Assembly (NCBI GenBank): GCA_951406725.2
Contig: OX597816.1
Span: 91,140,001 to 91,204,000, forward strand
Direction of reading: 5' to 3'
Origin: Octopus vulgaris
Lineage: Eukaryota
DNA: 64,000 nucleotides
The notes beneath the pieces are model-generated. The model saw nothing but the letters and a program-made list of their open reading frames with translations. It did no database searches and was not told the origin of the DNA. This document shows, in pieces, positions 53,090 through 64,000 of this stretch; the first letter of the stretch is position 1; each line of letters opens with the position of its first letter. Both the position numbers and the translations under genes were made by a program.

Positions 53090-53830
53090 ACATGCTAACC
53101 AAGTACCGAAACATATTTTCTCGTTCCATCGCCGAATTATTGTTCATAATATTTAATTTTTTGATATGTCAACAAGGAAGCCTCCATGCGGTTTATTCGA
53201 CCTACAAGAAATAGCAGCTAAATGCTTACACAACAAAGGGCGGACATATATTAGATAATATAGTCTTAGATTTATGTCCTGAGTATGAGTTTAAACCGCA
53301 TCCGGAAGTAGGGCCCTGACTCAAGAGTTCCAGGCTTTTGAGGAACATTAACTTACTTCTTAGGATCGCGGTTGAGACAGTGCTAGTCTTAGCTTGATTC
53401 AAAGATGCTAGATTACATTCGGCAGCAACTTATATAAAAATGCTACTTAATAACATATCATAGCTTATTTACGTCCCAGGTTATAGATTAGTCAGTCATA
53501 AATAAGACATTAATAACTTTTCTAGAAAGAGCCGAAACTGAATATTTTAAGGGAGAGGAAAAACAAGATACAACCGTACTCATACAATTCTTCAGCAGCT
53601 TAGATAAAGTGAGATAAAACTGTTAAAGAATCCGAGCAAATTCCTACCACAAGTCCGATTAAGTTATTAAGGTAGCATGTAAATAATATATAGATGTAGC
53701 CATTTTCGTGATTGCATTCCTGCATACTCATACGCGCGCGCGCGTTTCTATATGCTGCCTTCTCAGTTTTTTTTCATGTTTCTTCTCTTATTCAGTTTTT
53801 TTTTTTTTAGTTCGTTATGACATATGGTTT

Positions 53831-53885
53831 GTGCCTGAAGAATGTATTTAGGATATTTCTCAACATATGAAACTATTAGTAGCAC
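53831..53885 (+). ncRNA. Type-I hammerhead ribozyme motif
   Basis: GTGC-CTGAAGA-ATGT...ACAT-AT-GAAA-CT-att-AG-TA-GCAC: stem I GTGC/GCAC, 3-bp stem III, GUA triplet. Confidence 0.7.
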
Positions 53886-54214
53886 TTAAAGACATATATT
53901 CTGTCCTTTAAATAAAAAATTATACACACACACACATGTATTGATAGAGCTGTATCATTTAATATATCCTTTCCTGACCGAAGACAGTAGTGTAAGATTT
54001 GATGAGAGTTCGGTTGCGATCAAATATATAAAAAAAATCCTCGTTGAATTGGGTGACATTATTGGTTGTGAATTGTGCAGGATATAAGTTGTGTGATCTG
54101 TTGGTGGTGTATAATGTATATTATAGTATCGGGTATCAATTATATAGAGGAGCGTGTTGTATTGATTTATTGAGTTGTTATAAAGTAGAAGTGTTTTCTG
54201 TTTTCTTTTTTTAC

Positions 54215-54602
54215 TCTAGGCAAAAGGTCCGAAATTTTGGGGGTGGGGGCCAGTCGATTAGATCGACCCCAGTACGCAACTGGTAGTTAATTTATTGACC
54301 CCTGAAAGAATGAAAGGCAAAGTCGACCTCGGCGGAAATTGAATTCAGAACATAAAGACTGACGAAATACTTATTTCTTTACTATCCACAAGGGGCTAAA
54401 CTCAAAGGGAACAAACAAGGACAGACAAACGGATTAAGTCGATTACATCGATCCCAGTGCGTAACTGGTACTTAATTTATCGACCCCGAAAGGATGAAAG
54501 GCAAAGTCGACCTCGGCGGAATTTGAACTCAGAACGTAACGGCAGTCGAAATACCGCTAAGTATTTCGCCCGACATGTTAACGATTCTGCCAGTTCGCCG
54601 CC
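54215..54602 (-). mobile_element. Tandem pair of family-1 SINEs
   Basis: aaggcaaagtcgacctcggcggaa occurs twice. Confidence 0.9.
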
Positions 54603-54699
54603 TTTGTGTGCTTTTTGTTATACTAGAAGGCTGTGATGATGTAGAGAATGGTTTGTGTGAGCTATGCAGAGTGTGTTCTTTGTGAGTAGAGCTACTGAA

Positions 54700-55560
54700 T
54701 TGAAAGGACTTATGCAGTATGCGGGAAATGCTTAGAATGCTTAACTTTTGGACAGTATGTAGCTTTGAGCGCTGGAATAATTTTGCGTCTTTTTCCATGT
54801 TCTTTATCATAATTAGTGTTTTAATTATTATTGCAACTGTTATTACTTTCATACTCCGATCTTACATATTAACATTTTAAGTACATTTCCTTGTACATTT
54901 AACGTTTTCCGAAATTATACTGAGTGTCGTTCTACTCAGAAGAGATCGATACCAGTTTCATTATACGCATGGATAAATGATATCAGAACGGTTTGATATC
55001 TTTTGTCAGTTTGGACTTAAATGACCCAGACGTTTATGATCAGATCGTTCAAATGTACTGTGTCTAATGCATTCTTAACATTTTGTATTAGCTTGTATTT
55101 AGTTTGAAAGATTCTTGATGTGAATTGAACCTGTGTATGTGTTATTATTATTGTTATTTGGCGTAATGTCTCTTCAAATGATTCATTTGCACATTGTTTT
55201 ATTCTCAGACACTAAGTTCAGTTTATAATATTCGTCTGACTCTTCTGAAAAACTCGTGTTTAATTTTCTCCTTCAGTTGCGTTCTTTCTTATCAGCTTCA
55301 TCTTCTCCTAAGTATTTATATGGGTAGTTCTGTTCTAATTCTCTGGTTTCGATGTCTGGATCTAATTTGGTGTTTTCCATTTTAGTTTATTTGCCTCTTC
55401 TTATATCTTCGGAATATCTGTCTCAATTTTATATCCTGGCTCATTTCTTGAAAATGTTTTAGTAGGTTCTCAGCTGGGTATTGTTCTTTTCAAATAATTT
55501 AAAGTAATCTAAATAGAAAACTCTATGACTATATCGAAAAGTACCACAAAACGTCGGAGA
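54700..55560 (-). pseudogene. Decayed REL-type non-LTR retrotransposon 3' region
   Basis: KVITVAIIIKTLIMIK...VQKLSILSISRILHK resembles the R4/Dong C-terminus. Confidence 0.5.
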
Positions 55561-55739
55561 CAACTTCCCATTGATAGCCAGCGTATATCTGTCAAATACA
55601 ACAGACGATCGAACGTTTCATCTTTATAAGCTTCTTGAAAACGCCTATCTTGAGCAGATCTTTTAATTTTTTTACTGCAAAAACAATTAAGTATAGGGTT
55701 TCAGAAAATATATAATTTCTGGTTCTTTTTGCTATCAGG

Positions 55740-56700
55740 TTTTCTCGATGGAGAACGCAATGAATTGTAAAGACATGATTAAATACATGCTAACACTGAG
55801 GCAGCGTTAGCCACTTTATATGCTCCAAGAATGGAGGGCCTAATCAGATCTTCGCTAATGGTATGTGGGTGACCCTGTTTTGCTATCATGAGCGAAATGT
55901 TATAGGACGCCTGCAGACCAGAACGGTTGTTAGTATGGACGAGGACATTTCTGAGCGATGAAAATGAGACATTTTTTTTTTTTTGCGATGGTATTCTTCG
56001 AAGTACTCTTTTGGCTTGCCGAATAAACCAGGATGGATTTTTTGTAGATGATACAACAATTTCGAGGGTTTCATTGAGTCATTAGTCAATACTTTTACTG
56101 TGGTAAAAAAGGATCTTCTACACTGGATACTAAACCATATTTGATATAATCTGCGTGATATCGTTTGCAGAATCTTTTCTCCGAGTCGGTGGACGGAGAA
56201 TTAAAGGAACGTTTTTCCATATCACTGACAGCAAAATTTCTACAGATTACAATTAGACTAACATTTGCGTAAAAAGGTACGTACCTGGAGAGATAATACG
56301 ATATGTTGGGTAAACTGTAAGAACTGCGGTTTCGTTAGTAATCCTCAATTCAAAAGTCAGGTAGAAAACATGATTGCGTTGAGCGGTCGAGAACACAATT
56401 TTTTGTGTTTTTAATGAGCGCAAACGTGGACCCGATCGTACGCGTCTGAACCTGTCTGGTGCACGTCCGTGTATGATTGGATAGCTAATCGTCCAATAGG
56501 CAATGAGTGCATTCGTATGTGATCACGCATATGCGATGAAGCATATTTCGTTTGCGCGACATGTGCGTGTACGGAAAAGTTTTAATTCTTCAGCTGGACC
56601 ACAGAAAATTTTCCACGGACCATCTGAATTTTCCTGTGGACTACCTGGATGTTCCTGTGGACCACCTAGTGGTGCACATGGACCAGGTTGGGAACCCCTG
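55740..56700 (-). mobile_element. hAT (Charlie/Buster-like) 5' end with decayed transposase N-terminus
   Basis: TIR caggggttcccaacct at 56700; TNDSMKPSKLLYHLQKIHP...KPKEYF; SYNISLMIAKQGHPHTISEDLIRP. Confidence 0.85.
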
Positions 56701-57639
56701 ACAAAGACCCACATTGCCGCCGATTCTACAACCACAACAACAACGGTGACATCGGAAACAACCGGAGTAATAGCTGAAGGCGCTTACACCAATGACTAGA
56801 TATCGGAGAGGAGTGGCAACGAGTTGAACAGCTGAATGAATCCCTCTCTAAAAAGAAAAAGAAAAATCAGCCGTACAAGTACATATTTGCAAACATCCAT
56901 CAACCAGCCTTTCCCAGTTTCCTCTGAATTCTCGTTAAGAAAGAGGACACCATATGATTGCAAATCGTGATCGTGACCGTCGTCCTACAAAAATAGAAAA
57001 GCCGACTGGACTCCAAAAGGCATGCAAACCAGCCTCTCACAGCAACACCAACAACATAAAAAAAAAAAAACCTAACCCATAACTACAATAACAAAAACAC
57101 TTACCAGAGCAGAAAGAATACAACAAGAATAAGCTCTGACACAACAACAACCACAGCAAGAAAAACAACAACGCCCATAAATACTGTCAAATTCACCGGT
57201 AGCTTGTGAAATAGTATACTACAAAGAAATAGAAATAATAAGACCAACAACCAATAGCTCTCAAAGGCGACAGCCGACAGGCGTCTGGTGAAGACCACAG
57301 CAGAAGTCTACAAACCTCCGAGGCTGCTCAGACAGTTCCAACTGTCTAAATGGTACCGACTGCGTTTCTCGAAAGTGCCAATATGGAATTAGACAATTAC
57401 ATTATGCCTTCAAGATCATATCTAGTTTTGTTGTGTTTTGTTGTTTACTTTATTTTGGGTGTGTTGCATTTATCTTCGTAGTTTACGTCCTAAGTCTTTT
57501 TTATATTAATGGTACTTTATTGTTATTTTTTTGTTTTCTGCATGAATTTTCTTTCCTTTATGTGTTCCGTTTCGATTTTTGATATTTTGAGGGGCTTTTG
57601 TGTGTGTATATATATATATATATATGTGTGTACTTAATT

Positions 57640-58150
57640 TACCTAACCTGTTGAGGCCCAATTTTACATTTAGGTCAGGGTTATTTTCTCTCCAAACATT
57701 GGACAAGAATACGGTAGTTTTGGAGGGGTGTGTGATTGCATTATATACTTATAGAATAGAGTATATTCATTTGTATTAATTTATACTTTGCTCTCTTTTG
57801 CTAACGAAACTTAATAAATTCCGGTCCTTTATTTAGTTTGTCTTCAATTTTTACGGGTACTGGTTTATTTGTTTCTGGCAATGACGTGAATTGTACACTC
57901 CACTTTTCGTACCTTTAATTATTAAAATTCGAACTGCGTATTATCCTTTTAATCTTGATATGAATAATATGGTTTTTAATTGTAGTGTATGTCATGCGAT
58001 CCTTCGTAATACATTAATTACACAAAGGTCAATAAATTTTACATATATATATTATACTATCATCGTCCTTGAACATTTCCATGATTTTTTTTTCGATTTG
58101 ATTGGTTGTTATTTAATCGATGTTAATGAATATTTTTTGTTACTGTCATT
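57640..58150 (-). pseudogene. Possible decayed PLE GIY-YIG region
   Basis: Fragmentary resemblance only (FIKFR, LSNVWRENN...NVK). Confidence 0.3.
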
Positions 58151-58214
58151 ATTATCTCATGTTAATTGCCCTCGGTCTTATTGGCTTATTATTTTATTAT
58201 TGGGTATCGTTCCT

Positions 58215-58910
58215 TGGGAGCAGTTCGTCCTAAAAGCGGCCGTTTACGGACAAGTTTTCAGAAGCTGAATCGCAGCTAAACACAATAACACTTGCCCGGT
58301 AGTCAGAGTGAATAGCCAGCTTTCGGAACCGTTTCATATCGCGCGCTCGGTCTGTCAGGTAAATCATGTCTCGTCTCTTCTATACGTGCTATTACTGCGG
58401 AAACTAAAAACTCTCGAGAGGCATCCCATCTGAGTTGGGATGCTTGAGAGGGATATCAGCGTAGGTGAAAGAAATTGCTGTAGTGTCATCGGACACGATG
58501 GAAGGGGTCGTTGTCAGCAGCATTCTAAAGCAATACGAGCTGATGGCAGGAGCAGAGATAAAGCCGGACAAGTCGGTGGGCTTACAGCTTGATACCTTGA
58601 GAAGCAAGTCTATACTGTTTGACAATTTCTTGGAGCACTGGACTGATAGAGCAAGGTGATTGAATTTTATAAAAACTCAATTCCATCCGATGAAATGGCA
58701 GACTTGCTGAGCCGCTTCTGAGGCGAAAATTGCCTGGATTAGACAATCTATCCAATGAGCTATATTTCTATATTCCAGATTTGTTCTATCCTCTTTTGAC
58801 AGCTATCTACTGCATAGACAGGGGAGCCAAGGTGCAGTGGTTATTGAGGTAGGATCCGAACAAGAATGACGTGATAGAAAACTTCAGACCCATAATTCTG
58901 CTCAACATAC
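58215..58910 (+). pseudogene. Tx1/L1-like LINE reverse transcriptase fragments
   Basis: YGQVFRS...VVRVNSQLSEPFHIARSVCQ; ILKQYELMAGAEIKPDKSVGL; DPNKNDVIENFRPIILLN. Confidence 0.8.
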
Positions 58911-58979
58911 ATGGCTATATTTTTTCTTTTTCTACTATCATTAATTTCTTTGAGACCTGGTGATTAATAAAACAAGATC

Positions 58980-59177
58980 CGTTATCAAACCGAGCAAAAT
59001 GCTTAGCGGCATTTCGTCCGCCTTGACGGTCTGAGCTCAAATGCTGCCGAGGCCGACTTTGCCTTTCATCTTTTCGGGATCGATAAAATAAGTATCAGTT
59101 TCGCATTGGGGTCGATGTAATCGACTAACCCTTCGTTCCCCACCCAAATTTCAAGCTCTCTGCCTATAGCAGAAAAG

Positions 59178-59240
<63 letters not shown>

Positions 59241-59625
59241 GTTGTTTTCAAAGTCTGCCGGTGTCGACTTTTCGTTTCATCATTTCGTGGTCGATAAAAT
59301 AAGTACCATCTGAGTACTAGGATCGATGTAATCGACGTACCTTCTACCCCGAAATTACTGGCCTTGTGCCGAGATTTGAAATCCTTATTATTATTGTTGA
59401 AACAACGAGCTAACAGAATCGTTAGCATGCCGGACAAAATGCTTAGCAGCATTTTATCTGACCCGTCTCTATGTTTTGAGTTCCCATTCCGCCAAGATCG
59501 ACTTAGCCTTTTCATCCTTTCGGAATCGATAAAATAATTACCAGGCAAACATTAGGGTCAATGTAATCGACTTGCTTCCTCCCACAAAATTTCAGGCCTT
59601 GTGCCTACCGTGGAAAGGATTATTA
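58980..59625 (+). mobile_element. Head-to-tail array of three family-1 SINE copies joined by (ATT)n
   Basis: The gataaaataagta...gatgtaatcgac block recurs at about 59082, 59293 and 59528. Confidence 0.85.
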
Positions 59626-59749
59626 TTATTGTTGTTGTTGCTGCTGTTGCATTTAATTTTTTATCATCCGTTCTATGTACATACCCACACTTCATATCCG
59701 CCTTTGCATTGGGCTCCTCATCCGATGCCCTAGTGGCATCTAAAAGAAT

Positions 59750-60225
<476 letters not shown>

Positions 60226-60789
60226 TATTCTGCCATGAACTGATCTGTTGCCTTTACTTATAGTTCCTCCTTTCACCCGCCTCTCTTAAATTGTAAGACT
60301 TATTTCGCTCTCGCGGAAACAATTCGACAAATTACATTACTGTTTAAGTTATCAAACAAGTTTCTAGAAATGATGTCAAGGTTTGGCAACAAGCATCGTT
60401 ATCGTAGCACTTTTACTGAGGCATTAACCCTCCCTTAAAGGGCCTTTACTCAGGGAAAAAAAATTTTAAACCTTATATATTTTCTCAAGTGGTTACATGA
60501 ATTCTGAATGCTTCAACACGACTTTTTATCTCTCTCAAGTAGTTTAGATAAGTAGTTTAATAACAGCTCATGTCCACCTCCGTTCGAGAACTTTCTCTGC
60601 TTCTTTATTCTTTCGTTTTTTTCTTTATTTTTGTAAATATCAATTTGTCGACTGATAATCTGCGCTACATGTCACATAAAGATATTCTAGCAGAGGTTTT
60701 GCGCTTTCTTTTATCTGTCGCAAGGTCACTTTTAGTATAATTAACCCCAACATTAAAAAGATAAATGCTGTCAAAATATTTGATATCAC

Positions 60790-60889
<100 letters not shown>

Positions 60890-60938
60890 TTATACATATA
60901 TATATATATATATATCCACATATATATATATACATGTG

Positions 60939-61003
<65 letters not shown>

Positions 61004-61268
61004 CACATACATACACACACGTACATATATATGAAACGATGGATTCTATGTCCATAGTATTCTTTAACAAACAACTACACTTGTCTTCTTTCGTTTTTAG
61101 TAAACACGTAACAAGCAATAAAGTATCCAATCCAGAATGCCTCCCATCGTTACACATTTAAAACCATTATTCAATTCTGTCGAATGATAAGAAAATCGGT
61201 CGAAATCTTCCTGATATATGCACATACGTACGTACATACATACATACATACATACATACATACATACA

Positions 61269-61304
<36 letters not shown>

Positions 61305-61826
61305 TACACGCGTATGGGTTTGTTATGTCCTGGGTAAGACTTCATACTTCGTTTGCTATTGTGGTTCTGGTTCGGGAGCTCCAGGGTTTTGAGAAGTATG
61401 GAACCACTCCATAGCCACTGTTGTTCCCAGGTCTAGTTTAACTTGGAGTAGTAGCAACTTTCGGGGTCCCAGTTATGCATTAACTAGCATATATGATGAC
61501 ATTACATCTGAACGCGGGCTCGCAAGAATACCTTGGTTGGTGTCAGGGCGTGCAGTAAAGCCGCTGGGAGTGAGGGGACCCAAGCCATTGCGGTAACACC
61601 CTTCTAGAGCGGCACACTATGAAGTAAAACAGGATTCCCATGTGTGCTGGTCATTTCGTTTTGGCCTGTCACTGAGCACTAATGACAGAAACTCAGAGAG
61701 TGGTACTCAGGTTGTACAGGCATATATTGCACTAATTCATTGAGGTACAGATGTGGTTTCATGGTGAACTCATTTGTCATTCCATCTACTGAAAGTCCTA
61801 TGGCAATGGAAAAGTGGCAACGTGAA

Positions 61827-62140
61827 GGCGAGTGGGTTAGTGTTTAGGGTATTCAGCTCACGATGGTAAGGTTGTAAGTTCAATTCCTGGCGACGCGTTG
61901 TGTCCTTGAGCAAGACACTTCATTTCACATTGTTCCAGTTGACTCAGCTGGCAAAATGAATAGTATCTGTATTTTAAAGGGCCAGCTTTGCCACATTCTG
62001 TGTCACACTGAATCTCCCTGAGAACTACTGAGTACACATATCTGTGGAGTGCTCAGCCACTTGCACGTTAATTTCATGTGCAGGCTGTTCTATTGATCGG
62101 ACGAACCGGAACCCTCGTCGTTGTAGCCGACGGTGTGCCA
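61827..62140 (+). mobile_element. SINE family 3
   Basis: Colinear with 22031-22348. Confidence 0.85.
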
Positions 62141-62339
62141 GAAAAGAAGTGTGCAGACTTAACCAGTTGGAAGTGCACAGTAAGTTACAACTTTCGTCTG
62201 TCACCATTGCTTCAAACCACGGAAATTGCAACGGGGCTGAATAGTTATCAGTAAGGTCATAGATAGAAAGAAATGCCATCGACAACGAGGAAGCACAAGG
62301 GGGCAACCACGTGTATAATATATCACGTGTGCGCTCATG

Positions 62340-62640
62340 GGACTCTATGTACATAGACGACTTACACGCTTCCATCGCTAACACCATTCACTCTTATAAA
62401 GATGATGCCACCATAGACCCCTCTTTAGTATTTTCCCCGAACAGCTTTCATCCTCCCCTCACCTTAGCACGACCTTAACACATATCTAAACTTCACTACA
62501 TCCATGAATAAAAAGTTTGAAAAGATCCTCCGATAAGGACATGACAATTTTGCCACTAATGATCTAACTTCAAAATTATACATTTATAATATTGTTAAGA
62601 TTGCATCCAAAAGATTAGCTTTCTTCAGCTGAACACCAAC
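62340..62640 (+). pseudogene. CR1/L2-like LINE RT fragment
   Basis: MYIDDLHASIANTIHSYKDDATI (YxDD region) and HIYNIVKIASKRLAF. Confidence 0.6.
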
Positions 62641-64000
62641 TGCATCAATTTTCCTATGTGAATACAGTTCTTTTCTTTTAAAAGCGTTAAAAATATGAAC
62701 AAATGCTGCGATAGACTGTGTTCTGTCCCGCAGGAGATATATCTTGATGGACAAAAAAGAATGTATACAAAACACAATAAGAAAACATAGAAAATCCGAT
62801 CCCTGTGTGTTTTTATACGTATAGAAATAGATTTGGCGTTTACGAAACTGATTCTTAGTGCAAAAAATGTGAAATTTGTTGACATTTCTCAATAGTAAAT
62901 TCAATTTCTTACAATACTCGTTGTTTTTACAAATACCAACAAAATAATATTTTTTTATATATAAGCGGTTATTATAACATCAGAAATATACCATTTATTT
63001 ACAATTAAACATGCATTATTGGCTTGAATTCCTTATGATGATAACAGCAGAGAGAAAACATGTGTCTTTTTTCTTTTCTATGCCTTTCTTTCTTTTTCGA
63101 TATTCCCCTTTTTCTTATTCACCTCTCTCTCTCATCACTTTCTATTTGTTTCTCTCTGTCCATTTGTCTGTCTCTCCCTCTCTTTCTGTTTTTACTTCGC
63201 TTTTCAGTTCTTCCCATTTCCCTTCAATTATTTTTTTTTTATGTATATTTGAATAACTGTAGTTGGAGATAGAGCTTATTCTTATAGCTTACCATTACTA
63301 TTGGATTCATTTATTTGCCGCTGGTGGTCCTGTTATTACTCTTACATTGATCAAATATGACATTGCTGAATGCCCTTTGCTAGCGGCCCAAAATAATTAG
63401 CCCTATATTGTTGTTAGTAACATCAACTGCAAAAGTAAAAGTTAGCCGTCTAATAGGCGCCGTATAAAGACATTTCCGTTCTAAATTTAGTCCCGTTTTC
63501 CACATATCTGAAGTTATAAATTTCTATAATTCCTGATACATGTGTATTTTGATGTTTATACTCATTTATACATATTTTTGTATGCAGTCAAGTCCTTCCG
63601 TCATATGCTTATTAAGGGTGTGGGTCGCCATCTGTAAGTTTTTACGCTTGCCAACCTTCTGATATACTATGTAAACCATTTTTTAACCCAATAATAGCTG
63701 ATACTTGTAAGAAGCTAATGATTTTTGTTGATTTCTTTTTATTTGTCATGTGGGCACATTAGGAAAAAGCCTACGGGCTGTGAAAGATGAAACAGATAAA
63801 AAAGTTTAACCCAAGCTAATAAGCATGCTGTCTTGTCATTTATCAGCTGTTTGTTGAAACAGAAACAAATTTAATTTGCTATTAGTTTGAGAATTAGGTT
63901 ATATTTAGTATAGACATAAACTCTATGGCATAACGCAGCTTTGACTTTAAACAAACAACATAACGTTTATTTATTCTTCTTAATGTCATCAGATCGGGAA

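Overview
AT-rich, microsatellite- and SINE-dense animal DNA. The repeat families look like coleoid cephalopod (probably Octopus); this is inferred from repeat style, not from a search. No intact long gene is present, and nearly all ORF-track entries are microsatellite artefacts. Recognisable content is three tRNA-derived SINE families, decayed Penelope-like (PLE) RT and GIY-YIG pieces, R4/Dong-like, Tx1/L1-like and CR1-like LINE fragments, hAT and Tc1/mariner remnants, and non-autonomous Helitrons. The main hidden signal is about a dozen minimal type-I hammerhead-ribozyme (HHR) motifs from several unrelated short elements. They include a tRNA-like Pol III head plus HHR cassette in a PLE 3' end, a ~210-bp HHR element inserted in (TA)n, and three fold-back elements with a full or partial HHR in each arm. 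A few short, phase-compatible candidate + strand 5' exons may belong to a host gene. Repeat boundaries are approximate.
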